64,000 nucleotides of DNA from Rebecca billardiae RCC1528 (GCA_965240325.2 OZ251222.1:3658001-3722000), one strand, 5' to 3'. Shown: positions 45,580-57,318, counted from the stretch's first letter. Notes: generated from the letters alone by a model not told the origin. A program made the numbers and translations.

Positions 45580-47654
45580 GGCGGACCGCCGCTGGCCCCC
45601 CCCCCCGCACGCCGCCGTCGGATAGAGCTCTCAAGTTACCGGATCATTGGCCCGGACCGCACTTTTTCTTTCTCTATAACCGCGCGCGCGTCGCGCTCCT
45701 TCTGGCGATCCGGTGTTTACGATAGGCGGATGCAGGGGTTGCCTGGGGCCGCCAGTCGCCACGGGGGGGGGCAGGGCGGCGAGGCAGCGCCCGCCCGGCA
45801 GCACATCGCCCCCCCCGTGGACGCTGACTCAAGCCGCACCCACCCCAGCGCGGCGATCCCACGCCAGGGAGGGCGGGCGGGAGGCGGAGGAGCGCCGCTG
45901 GCTGTCCGTGAGTGTGCCGGCGCCGCCGCGGCCTGCCGCCCGGGGGCCCCGGGCCCGGGCGGGGCCGCTGTGCTCAGGCGTCGGCCGGGGCAGGGTGCGC
46001 CGGGGGGCAGTCGCGGCGGAAGCGGTCGGCTGCACGACGTGGGCTGCCCTGACCGGCCCCGAAGGTGCGCCTGTCACGCCGAGGGTCGGCCCTCCTGCAG
46101 GTACGCTCACTTTCCGCTTGGTACCCGCGCCGCAAAGGCGAGCTGCTTCCGACTCACATCTCGTCACCGTGCGGTCACTCCGGCGATGCCGCTGCGAGCG
46201 CCGAGCCCGCGTCCGGCCAGGTATACGCCCACCTAGCGGGGAGGGGCACGGGCGGCGGCGGAGCAGCGACGCGGCAGTCATAACGCGATAACCGCCGCGG
46301 ACTGCCAAACCCACCACTCCCGTCGCGTCGGCCATCGCCCCATAACCGCGCGCGCGTCGCGCTCCTTCTGGCGATCCGGTGTTTACGATAGGCGGATGCA
46401 GGGGTTGCCTGGGGCCGCCAGTCGCCACGGGGGGGGGGCAGGGCGGCGAGGCAGCGCCCGCCCAAAGAGGCGCAGCGCCAGGCGCCACGCCGGCGTGGCC
46501 GGCGTCGGCCGGCGCGGCCGAGGCCAGGCCCGGCCCCGACCCCCAGAGGCGCAGCGCCCTGCCCACCACCACGCCGCACGCCGCCGGTGTGAGGCCGCGG
46601 AGCGGCGGACTGGGTGCCCCCCCCCCCTCCCCCCCAGCGCTCAGCCCCTGCCAGAGGTCGCCGAGAGCCCGCAGCGACCGGCGGACCACAGGACCACTGG
46701 CGTAACCCGCCCGTCGTCGCGCGCCGGCACAGGCCAGGCGAAGCGCTGCAGGTGACCCGCAGGCCACGCCGTCCACTTGCCCGACGAAACCGCCCAGCAG
46801 CACGCGCGCACCGCCGCCGCCGCCGCCGGCCGGCGAGAGCGCATGCGCCCGAGCCGTCGCGGAACACACCCGAGCCGACATGAGGCGCAGGTATCGACGT
46901 CGGCTTGCCGACAACGTCGTCAACCACGCGCCTGCAGACCGCACGAGCGCCCGTGAAAGCGCGCCGAAAAGGGGCGTGCGAGGTGACGCGCACGGTGCGC
47001 GAATGGTGATGGCCGTGCGGCGCACGAATGACGATCGGTGCGCGCGCACGATGAGCGGCGCACGCGCGGGCGGATCGGAGCGCGCGCATGATAAACGGCG
47101 CATGATACTCGGCGCGCGCGCATGACGGCGCGCGCGCATGATGATCGGCGCTGGTCGGTGCGCGCGCATGATGATCGTCACGCGATGATCGGCGCGCGCG
47201 CATGACCATGCGCGCGCGTGACGAATTCGCCGCAACGGCTCGCGCGAGAGGCACAAGGCGATTGACGATGAACGCGACCACGTTCGAGCGCTCGAGCGAA
47301 GCAGGAGGTGATGAGTGAGGAAGATGGCACAGGAATGGGAGAGGAACGCGTGGCGCGTGGCGGGAAGGGCCAGGCACGCTCGGCGTGAGGAAAGGAACGC
47401 GCGTAGAAACGGAACGGAACGGAAAGCAGCGGTTCGAGCGATAGACAGGAGGTGATTGACGACGATGAGCGCGTGCGCGCTCGAGCGACGCAGAAGGTGA
47501 CGAGCGAGGAAGACCAAGGCCAGGTGAAAGCGCCGCAGGTGGCCAGCGGGCCACGTCGCTTTTCGCGCCCGAAAACGCCCAGCAGCGCGCGCGCCCCGCT
47601 GCAGTGGCAGCCGACCGGCGAGAGCTGCATCCGCCAGAGCCGCCACGCGGCGCA

Positions 47655-47945
47655 GGTATCAACGCCGGCCCGCCGACAACGTCGTCCCCGACACCCCGGC
47701 CACAGACACCACGTACACCCATGTAAGCGCGCCGAAAGGTGCGCGCGAGGATGGCGCACTCGGCACCCGAATGATGATGATGGTTGCGCGGAGCACGAAT
47801 GATGATCGGCGCGCGCGGGTATCAACGCCAGCCCGCCGACGACGTCGTCCCCCACGCCCCGGCCACAGACACCACGTACGCCCATGTAAGCGCGCCGAAA
47901 GGTGTGTGCGATGATGGCACGCTCGGCACCCGGATGATGATGCGA
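47655..47945. repeat. ~160-bp tandem duplication inside the element, with a diverged third copy near 46890-47010
   Basis: GTATCAACGCC..CCCCGGCCACAGACACCACGTAC..CCATGTAAGCGCGCCGAAAGGTG occurs twice. Confidence 0.85.
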
Positions 47946-48073
47946 TGGTTACGCTGAGCACGAAGTGATGATCGGCGCGCGCACATGATGATGATCGGCG
48001 CGCGCGCATGAGAAGACAGGTGCGAGTGACGCGCGGAGAAGATGCGCGCGGAGACGATAGGCGCGGAGGACAT

Positions 48074-48673
48074 AGGCGCAAGTAACGCGCGGAGGAGATA
48101 GGCGCAAGTAACGCGCGGAGAAGATAGGCGCAAGTAACGCGCGGAGAAGATATAGTAGGCGCAAGTAACGCGCGGAGACAGGCGCAAGTAACGCGCGGAG
48201 AAGATAGGCGCAAGTAAACGCGCGGAGAAGATATAGTAGGCGCAAGTAACGCGCGGAGACAGGCGCAAGTAACGCGCGGAGAAGATAGGCGCAAGTAACG
48301 CGCGGAGAAGATATAGTAGGCGCAAGTAACGCGCGGAGACAGGCGCAAGTAACGCGCGGAGAAGATAGGCGCAAGTAAACGCGCGGAGAAGATATAGTAG
48401 GCGCAAGTAACGCGCGGAGACAGGCGCAAGTAACGCGCGGAGAAGTAGATAGTATAGGCGCAAGTAACGCGCGGAGGAGGTATAGGCGCAAGTGACGCGC
48501 GGAGACAGGCGCAAGTAACGCGTGGGGAAGTAGATATAGTAGGCGCAAGTAACGCGCGGAGAAGTAGATGGGCGCAAGTGACGCGCGGAGACAGGCGCAA
48601 GTAACGCGCGGAGAAGTAGATAGTAGGCGCAAGTAACGCGCGGAGATGAGATAGGCGCAAGTGACGCGCGGAG
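48074..48673. repeat. Minisatellite: 22 copies of AGGCGCAAGTAACGCGCGGAG with 2-13 nt purine-rich linkers
   Basis: Counted by eye. Linkers cycle AAGAT / AAGATATAGT / AC. Confidence 0.95.
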
Positions 48674-48727
48674 AAGATAGGGTGCGCACACGATGATCGG
48701 CGCATGATGATCGGCGCGCGCGCGAGG

Positions 48728-48806
48728 GATAGACAGATAGACAGATAGACAGATAGACAGATAGACAGATAGACAGATAGATAGACAGATAGATAGACAG
48801 ATAGAC
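48728..48806. repeat. (GATAGACA)n / GATA-GACA microsatellite
   Basis: Alternating GATA and GACA tetramers. Confidence 0.95.
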
Positions 48807-50343
48807 GCGCGAGTGAGCGACGGCGAGCTGTAGAGAAGGGTGAGTCGTGCGGCGGCGAGTGGCGGCGGCGTGCTTGCAGCGCGGCAGCGGCGTGCGGCGA
48901 GCGCGAACACGCGGAGCGCGCGCGGCTCCGCTGTTGCGCCCCGAGGGGCCCGCGCCGAAGAAGCGCGCTCGCTCGAGCGGGGGGCAGATCGAAGGTGATG
49001 AAGCGCGCGGTTCCGCTCAAGCGAAGTAGAAGGTGATGAGCGACGAGTGTGCCCGACGGACGACAGCGCAACGACACCTCACGCGCCGCCCCGCCGGCCG
49101 CCCAACAGATGGCCGAGAACGGGACGCCGAAGTAGCATGTGTGCGCTCACTGCCCGCGCCGCCGACATGCGCTCCAGCTCGGACGAAGGGCAGAAGGTGT
49201 TGTTGAGCGCGCCCCCGCGAGCGCGCAGCAGCTGGTGAGGAGCGTGTTGTTGAGTACGCCCCCGCGAGCGCGCAGCAGCTGGTGAGGAGCGTGGAGCGTG
49301 CCCGACACACGCCCGCTGGCGCCGCCCCGCCGTGCGCCCAGCCGCCGGACGCTGCCGATGGACGCAGAAGCAGCATGGATGCGCACGAGTCTCGTCCAGC
49401 GCCAAAATGCGCTCGCGCGCGAGCGAGGCAGACAGCGCCGAGCGCGCCCACGCTCGAGCGAAGCAGGTGGAGATGAGCGAGGAGCGCGCACGACGGACGG
49501 CAGCGCACCGGCACCTCACTTACCACCCCGATGTGCGTCCCCGATGTGCGCCCGGCCACCGGACGCCTCAGAAGGACACCCAGCACAAGCGTGGTCGCGC
49601 ACGAGCGGATGAGAGAAGCAGAAGGCGCTGAGCGTTCCCCTCGAGCAAAGCAGTGGGCCATGAGGAGGAGGGAGCACGACGGACGGCAGTGCCCAGCACC
49701 TCGCGCTCCGCCTCGCAGTGCGCACGACCGTCGGATGCCGCCGCAGAAGGACGCCGAAGCAGCATCGTGAGAGTTCGAGCGTGATGCACGCGCACCACGC
49801 CAGGGGGGGACAACGAGGAACGGGGAGCGAAGGAGGCGGAGGAGCGCCGCTGGCTGTCCGTGAGTGTGCCGGCGCCGCCGCGGCCTGCCGCCCGGGGGCC
49901 CCGGGCCCGGGCGGGGCCGCTGTGCTCAGGCGTCGGCCGGGGCAGGGTGCGCCGGGGGGCAGTCGCGGCGGAAGCGGTCGGCTGCACGACGTGGGCTGCC
50001 CTGACCGGCCCCGAAGGTGCGCCTGTCACGCCGAGGGTCGGCCCTCCTGCAGGTACGCTCACTTTCCGCTTGGTACCCGCGCCGCAAAGGCGAGCTGCTT
50101 CCGACTCACATCTCGTCACCGTGCGGTCACTCCGGCGATGCCGCTGCGAGCGCCGAGCCCGCGTCCGGCCAGGTATACGCCCACCTAGCGGGGAGGGGCA
50201 CGGGCGGCGGCGGAGCAGCGACGCGGCAGTCATAACGCGATAACCGCCGCGGACTGCCAAACCCACCACTCCCGTCGCGTCGGCCATCGCCCCGAGTTTG
50301 CGGGCCAACGGTCGCCAACTCAGGACCGCCCATCGACCACACG

Positions 50344-51337
50344 ATGGACGAGATCAAATGGCCCGCGGGCACCGACGGCCACTCGCGGCGGATCCTGTCG
50401 GGCGAGGCGAAGAAGCTCTTCTTCCTCGACGCGGCGGACTTGCGCGAGATCGGAGGTGAGTCCTTCGGCGGCTGGAGCCGCGCCACTTTCTATTCTGTCG
50501 GCTCGCTCAAGGCGTGTGCGCTGCGCAAGTATGGCGCGGCCACGCTGGCCAAGAAGTACGAGCGGCGGGCGAAGCGCGAGGAGGGGGTGCAGCAGATGCG
50601 GCACGCGACCGAGGCGCCCGCGTGCGCGTCGGGCGTGATCGACCTCACCGCTCCGTCGCCTTCCCGCCAGCCGCTCGCGCCGGGCACCGCGGCGAACGCG
50701 GCACAGGCCGACCCCGTGCGCGTGCGCGCGGCGCTGCTGAAGATGCTGAAGAAGCACATGGGCTTCGCCGAGTCGGGTGGGCCGGGCGACTCGAAATTCA
50801 CCATGCCTCTGATCGACAAGGCCACATTCGCCGCGCTCATCTGGCGCGGCGCCGACCCGACGCTGAGCAGTCTCGTGAAGCGCGGCGCGTGGTACCAGTA
50901 CTGCATCGGCTACGAGGACGTGCCGCGCTTCCTCGGCCTCGGCGCAGGCGGGAGCGCCATCTTCCCCGTGCGCTGGAGCCCCATGGAGGACCTGGACCAG
51001 GAGGTGGGCGCCATCTCGCTTGGCTGGAAGGAGTGCAGCGAGGAGCTCAACGTCTACGCACCGTGCTCATGGGGCGGGGAGGGCAGGTGTGCGCGCTCGC
51101 GCGGCGCTGGCTGTGAGACAACAGGCGTGCCACAGCCCGCGCGGGCGCCCACATCGACCTGCCAAGGCTCGCTTTGCGTGCGCGTGTACATCGCGCCAAC
51201 ACGCAGCCTCGAGGCCGCCGTGCCCCCTGCCCCATCCCCACCGCGCCACGCTCGCCCGCCACAGCTCGTACGATGACATCGTGACTGGCCAGCCGCCCAT
51301 CGGCAAAAAGTTCCGCTCCCTCGAGGGCGGGGCGTGA
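50344..51337 (+). CDS. Uncharacterised protein with XPA C-terminal-like helical motif; intron 51087-51264, about 271 aa
   Basis: EAKKLFFLDAADL...FY...ALRKYG...LAKKYERRAKR resembles the XPA DNA-binding subdomain. A GTGTGC..ACAG intron restores the frame to TGA at 51337. Confidence 0.65.
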
Positions 51338-51915
51338 CGTCGACGGGCTGCCGCTTCTAGCAGCACCCCCTCCGACCAGCCGCCGAGCCGTCCTCGTCCA
51401 CCTGACCACCCGGTCGAGCAGCACTGGTCGGGCCCTTACCTGAAAAACGGGCGGGGACCGGCGTCCGGGCGGCGCGGGACCGGGACGGCATTCGCCTGAT
51501 GCTGCTCTTAAAGTGCTCTGCTCAACTCTGTCTCTATCATCAATGGTGTACTCCGACTCGTTCGGCGGGATCTGCATGCTGCATGCCAGCATGGCCCATG
51601 CACTCATGCAGGCATGCTGGCCGTCCAGGACCAGGGATGAGGGATTCGGGCTGGCGTCCGCGTAACTTACTACTACGCGAGTCTAGTTATAATTAGTCTA
51701 TCTAGTATAGTAGTACTCCACTAGGCACTACTCGTGACGACTGACAGTGACCGCACACTGCTATTCGATTGTATGACGAGGATACAGTCGTATAGTAGTA
51801 CTGCTGACAGTGAGTGAGTGCTGACTACTTTGCATGACGATGACCGCGCAATAAAATAAATTAATAACGACTACGACGCGCGCGATATGGACCGCAATAA
51901 GTGATGCATATGTTA

Positions 51916-53216
51916 CTACACGAGAAGGTGCGGCTGCAACGCGAGCGGCAGCGACAGCGTCTTGATGTGCACCTCGAGGGCGGACGGCGGCACCCCTGCC
52001 GGCTGGTCCTCCTGCACGGCGCGCGTGGCAGTGGCAGCGCAGGGGCGGCGGGGGCGCGCGGCGCGCGTCGACGCCGGCCCGGAAGGCGACGGAGGCGTGG
52101 GGCGTCGGCTCGTGAGCGCGGCCGTACGGCTCAGCGTGCGCGCGCTGCCGGGCCGTGCCGGGCCGAGCGCGCGCGGCGGGTGTCGCGCGCCGCCCGCGCT
52201 CCGCGCGCGCGCGCACCAGGGATTGACTCGCCGAGCCGAGGCCGGGCACGCGGTGCGGCCGCCCCGCCGCGCCCGTGGGCGAGGGCACGAGCGTGCCCTG
52301 CACCATCGCGCGCACCGCCGCGATCTTGGGGTGCGGCACCGGCCCGCCCATGTGCGCGAGCATCTCGCTCAGGTCGGGAGCGGGCCGGCGGCGGCGCGGC
52401 GAGGACGAGGCGGCGCGGCGCGGTGGCTCCCAGTGCGTTCGCTCGGTGTACTTGCGGGGCATCCCCGTGATCGGCGCGAGCTTGTGCCGGATGTACGGCC
52501 GCGCGCGCAGCTCGAGCGGGGGCGCGAGCTTCGAGGGCGGCAGCTGCGTCTGCCCAAAGATCTCCCGCGGCAGCCCGCCCACCGGGTACTTTGCGGCGAG
52601 CTCGCGGTCGGAGCCGCTGACGGAGCGGCGGCGCGCGGCGGCCGCCGCGTTCGCCGCGGCCTCGGCGGCGGCCTCCGCCTCGGCGCTCGCCGCGTCCATC
52701 TCGTGCGCGCCCTTGACGGCCGCGTGCCACTGCTGCCAGCGCTCCCTCGCCTCCGCCACCTCCGCCTGCTTCTCAAACGCCAGCTGCACCTGAGGCGCCG
52801 GGGCAGGCCGTTACAGGCCGTTACGGGCCGTTACGGGCCGTTACAGGCCGTGACAGGCCGTTACGGAGGCGGGAAGGAGGGGAGGAGGGGTGAGCGGCGG
52901 TGTGCGTGTGTGTGCGCGCGTGTGTGCCGCGGGCGGGGGGCGAGGGGGCGCACGGCGCGGCGCCCGCGCGCACCGAGCGTATGCGGTCGAGCAGCATCTT
53001 CTGGTGGCTGAAGTCCCTCACGCCCAGCTGGCCGAGCTGCGCGGACGAGACGGACAGCAGCCGCGCGCCCGAGCTGCAGTTGGCGCCGATGGCGTCGGCG
53101 TACTGCGCGAGCCCGACGTTCTTGACGAAGCGGCGCACGTCGGCCGCGCTCCACTCCTCGGGGCGCACCTCCGTGCCGTGCGGCGCGAGGTCGCGGAACA
53201 CCCACTGCCTGCTCGC

Positions 53217-53247
<31 letters not shown>

Positions 53248-56162
53248 GCGTCAACGGCGGCCGGCCGGCGCGGCGGTGCGCGGCGCTGCGGCGCGGTGCA
53301 CGGCTCAGGCGCGCAAGGCGCGCGCGGTGCGGTGCGGCGGTGCGCGCACCACTGCGCGAGGATGGCGTCGTGCTTGGACTCCTCGATCCGCCACGCGCCC
53401 TTCTCCGCGTTCGCGCCGAGCACCGCGCTCAGCTCGACCAGCAGCTTGGCGTTCCGGAAGTCCGAGGCGCGCTCGTCTGCCGCGCCGTACAGCCGCACGT
53501 GCGTGAGCGTGTAGTTGGTGCGGAGCGCCTCGCGCAGCGCGCGCACCGCCTCGGAGCGGGAGGGGTCGAGGGGGGCGCGCGCGCGGGGCGAGGCGGCGGG
53601 CCGCTCGTCGGGCGCGCCGCCGCGCGAGCCGCCGCGCTTGAGCGGCGACGACGCCGCGAGCAGCGAGAACGAGCTCCCCTGCGCGGCGGCGGCGGCGGCG
53701 GCGACGCCCGCAGCCGAGCGCGCCGCGGGCGATGTCGCCGCCTCGCGACGCTCGGCCTCTGCGACGCCGCAGCCCGCGGCGGTGAGCACGCGCAGCGTGG
53801 CGTTGTCGGCGAGGCGCGCGATGATCGCGCCGCACCCCGCGTCCCCCAGCCCGTCGCACCCCGAGATGTCCAGCCGCGTGAGCGACGTGTTCGCGCGCAG
53901 CGCCTCGCCGAGCGCGAGCGCGGCCGCCACCTCCATGCGCGCGTTGGCTGAGTAACCCAGTGGCACGGGCGGGGGCGGCGCGCCGGCCGCCTCGGCGTCG
54001 GCGGCGGCGGCGCGCGCGGCGCGCCACTCGAGCAGCTCGGCGCCGTCCGGGTCGAGCTCCCCCGCCTCGCCGCCGCCCGCCGACGCCGCCCGCCCGCCGC
54101 CGAACGCCACCCCCGCCTCCCCCGCGGCCGCGGCGCTCTCCAGCAGCGGGCCGCCGAGCACGAGTCGGCGCAGCACGCGCGACGCGCGCAGCCCTTCAGA
54201 GAGGTCCTCGGCGCCCTCGTCGCCGATGCGGTCGCCGAGCTGGAGCACGCGGACGGCGGCGCCCGCGCCGAGCGCGAGGCCAAGCGCCGACGCGCCCGCG
54301 TCACCCACGCCGCGCCCGAGCGAGATCACCGACGCGACGAGGCCGGCGCGCAGCGCGTCGGCCAGCACGCGCGCGCTGCCGTCGGCCGCGCGCGTGCCGC
54401 CCGCAAACACTTGCACGGGCGCGCCCGCGGTCGCGACGGCGGCGGCGGCGGCCTTGGCGTTGCCGCGCTCGCGCGCCGCCTTCGCCTTCGCCGTCGCGCG
54501 CGCGTGGCTCGCCGAGAGCGACGGCAGCCAGTTCTTCAGCAAAGACCCCAGCGCCTCGTCCGTGAGGCGCGCGCACCGTGACAGCCGCAGGGCGGTGAGG
54601 CCAGCGCAGTGCTCGCCCAGGGTGGCGCCCAGCCGCGCGCACGCGCGCCCGTCGGCGCCGAGGGCGTTGGCGCGGAGGGAGAGCGCGGCGAGCGCGGGCT
54701 TCGGGCCCGTGCCCAGCGCCTCCGCCAGCGCGCGCACGCCCGCGTCGCCCACCCCCGCGTTGTCCAGCGAGAGGAACGCCAGCCGGCTCAGCATCGAGTG
54801 AACGGCGCCGGCGAACAGCGGAGGCGCGCGCGGCGCGCCCGAGCGCGCGCTGGCCGCCGCGGCCGCGGCCGCGGCGGCGGCCGCGGCGGGGCTCTGCTTG
54901 GGCATCGGCCGCGTCGGGTTGGCGGCGGCCGCCGCGCGCGCCGCCGCGCCCACGTCCGCCGCCGCGCGGCGGAACGCGCCGCCCACCTCGTCGTCGAGGC
55001 CGGCGCCGTCGGCGCCCGCCGAGCCGCCGCCGCCGCGGCCGGCACGGTCGTCTGCTCCATCGGCCTCGTCCGCGCGCGCCGACGGGGCGGCGTCGGCGGC
55101 GCGCGCGGGCTCGCCGTCGGCGTGGATCTGCATGAGCGTGCACACCCCCTCGTCGCCGAACAGCGGGTTGTCCGACAGGTCGAGCACCGAGAGCGCGACG
55201 CGCGCGCGCTTGGTCGGCGAGCGCGGCGCGCCGCCCGACAGCGCGAGTGACGCCGAGCCGCCGCCGCCGCCGCCGCCGCCGCCCGGCCCGAGGCTGAAGC
55301 TGCCGTCGAGGTCGGAGAGGCCGGGGAGGAGCGCCTCGCGGACGGAGAGCGCGTGCAGCGGCTCGAGCTGCGTCGCCACCAGCCGCACCTCGGGCAGCTG
55401 CTCCTCCACCACCGTCGCGAGCGAGTTGCGCAGCAGCAGCGGCTCGATGGCGGCGTGCGTCGCCGCGCCCACGCGCGTGTTGCCGCCGAGGTCGAGCGCG
55501 CGCAGCGAGTGGTTGGAGGACTTGATGGCCTCGGCGAGCGCGCCGCCGCCGGCGTCGCCCACGTCGTTGTCGCGCAGGTCGATCCGCACGAGCGACTCGT
55601 TCTGCCGCACCACCGCCGCCAGCGCGTGCGCCGCCTCGTCGCCGAGGCCGGCCGCGCGCAAGTCGAGGCTGTCGATGAGCCGGGCGCGCGAGAGCGCGGC
55701 GGCGAGGTGCACAAAGCCGTTGGGCGTGAGGGCGTTGCGCGCGAGCGAGAGCGCGCGCACGTGCGTGGCGGCGGAGATCAGGTCCGACGTCATCAGCTGC
55801 AGGTCCTCGCTGCCCAGCTGCCCCGACAGGTCCAGCTCGACGGAGCCGGGCTCGGCGTCGGCCGGCGGCTCGAGCGCCTCGCGCAGCCACGCGGGCATCG
55901 TGCGCGCGCGGCTGAGGCGGAGCATGAGGCCGCAGAACTCGTTGAAGTCGATCGTGCCGGAGGCGTCGTCGTCCACGTCGTCCACCATCCGCTGCAGCTC
56001 CTTGTCCGTCGGGAACTGCCGCAGCGCGCGGAACATGACGCCCAGCTCGCGCACGTCCACGTCGCCGCCGCCGTCGCGGTCAAACTGGTCAAAGGTGCGG
56101 CGGTACTTGGCGAGGAGGTCGGGCGCGAGCTTGGACTCGTACTCGCGGATGAGCGCCGCCAT
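51916..56162 (-). CDS. EF-hand pair + RNI-like LRR + SAM domain protein; introns 53209-53349, 52790-52973, 52012-52216; about 1238 aa
   Basis: FDRDGGGDVDVREL and VDDDASGTIDFNEF EF-hands, repeated LxLxxNxxGDxG LRRs, and SAM EWSAADV..GLAQY..LL..LGV. All three donors are GTGCGC. The last exon is less certain. Confidence 0.88.
52806..52865. repeat. Intronic 10-bp tandem repeat (GGCCGTTACR)x6
   Basis: Direct reading of the sequence near the 3' splice site of intron 52790-52973. Confidence 0.9.
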
Positions 56163-56361
56163 GGCCGCGACGCGCCGCCTGCTCGCGCGCCGCGCGAGAC
56201 TCAGGCGCCTGGCCGCGAGCTTGGGCTTGCTGCGGTGCCCACGACCGCCCTTGCAACAACCAGTGTCGTTTCGCGATGGGCGTGAGTCCGGGGATGGGAT
56301 CGCCCACCCAGCCGGACTGCTTCCTTCGGGAGTGGCAGGGAAGCAGTGCACGTGTGCAGCC

Positions 56362-56961
56362 ATGGCGGAGCCCAGCGCGCCGGCGGCGCCCAAGATCTCG
56401 AGCAAGCTGCTCGGCATGAAGTTCATGCAGCGCCGGCAGGAGTCGGACCTGCGCGCCAAGCTCCAGCGCGAGGATGCGCAGCGCCACGAGGAGGCGCGCT
56501 GGGTGCTCGCGCAGGAGGCGGCCGCGGACGGCGGCGGGCCGCGCGTGCAGCTCGAGTCGGAGGCGGCCTCGTCGACCGCGGGCGGCGGCGCGCGCGCCGC
56601 GGCCGTGCTCGACTTCCGGCCGTCGCGCCGCTCGTTCGGCAAGTTCAACCCAAAGACGGACACGGCCCTCGCCGCCGTGCGCGACGCGCAGGCCGCCGCG
56701 CGCCGCGCGCTCGAGGAGGCGGCCACCGAGCGCGAGCGCGCAGCCGTGGCTGCAGACGGTCCGTACGACGAGGGCACCGTGGCGGACGACGAGATGGCGC
56801 GGCGGTACAAGGAGCTGATGGGCCGGGGGCAGGGGGAGGACGACGGCGCGAGCGGCGCCAAGCCGCCGGCGGTCGTCGTCGGCAGAAAACGCAAGGCGGC
56901 GCCGACGGGCGCGGAGCCGGCTGAGGGCCAGGAGGCGGCACATGTCACTGATGTCACATGA
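56362..56961 (+). CDS. MPP6: M-phase phosphoprotein 6 (nuclear exosome cofactor)
   Basis: ISSKLLGMKFMQR, W-V-L, RRSFGKFNP and VADDEMARRY motifs. Confidence 0.9.
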   Translation: MAEPSAPAAPKISSKLLGMKFMQRRQESDLRAKLQREDAQRHEEARWVLAQEAAADGGGPRVQLESEAASSTAGGGARAAAVLDFRPSRRSFGKFNPKTDTALAAVRDAQAAARRALEEAATERERAAVAADGPYDEGTVADDEMARRYKELMGRGQGEDDGASGAKPPAVVVGRKRKAAPTGAEPAEGQEAAHVTDVT

Positions 56962-57318
56962 CATGAGGCTGCGAGGGGCTCAGAGGCCAGACTCTGACGA
57001 GGCTGTGTGCTGAGCTGCGAACGCGGAAGTACTGCGCGACTCTGCTGGTGCCGGGGGGCGAACGATGCACGCATAGTATAGCATCAGTCACACTGAGTTA
57101 CTATATATACCGCTACTCCCGGTGCGCCGACCAATTCGCCCAATTCCGACGATGGCCTGACGGCTGACCCGCGCGCCGCTCAGTGACGGGCTCTGACAGA
57201 ATATAATCTGCCGCTAATATCTGCTATTCGGATGATATGTCTATGATCTATCAGTGGCATAGTACCCGGCGCGCGCGCCGCCAAGCCGTGGCACTCAGCT
57301 GATGCGCGGGCATCGTCA

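Larger units (their letters stand above)
45676..50293 (-). mobile_element. 4.6-kb non-autonomous element with split direct repeats
   Basis: A 121-bp repeat at 45676-45796 and 46342-46463, and an apparently identical 462-bp repeat at 45880-46341 and 49832-50293. The internal 46341/46342 junction fuses the element's two termini. No TSD, TIR or enzyme ORF. Confidence 0.85.

Noticed and set aside
48074-48673. CRISPR array
   Set aside because: Spacers are 2-13 nt, related and periodically reused. No cas genes and a eukaryotic context; it is a minisatellite.
45829-49077. Long minus-strand ORFs (605, 472, 362 aa) as element-encoded proteins
   Set aside because: Translations of tandem repeats and microsatellite; no RT, RNase H, recombinase, HUH or DDE motifs.
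45880-50293. Ordinary LTR retrotransposon with 462-bp LTRs
   Set aside because: No TG..CA ends, TSD, PBS or PPT, and the second repeat pair gives a split or tandem layout.
50220-50293. tRNA or tRNA-derived head (minus-strand GGGGCGATGGCCGA)
   Set aside because: A-box-like start only; no B-box (GTTCRA) or cloverleaf.
45676-50293. Hammerhead ribozyme in the repeats
   Set aside because: No CTGAnGA..GAAA core found by eye; a covariance search is still needed.
56163-57074. N-terminal extension of the 1417-aa minus ORF
   Set aside because: Antisense shadow of MPP6. The EF-hand protein starts at ATG 56162.
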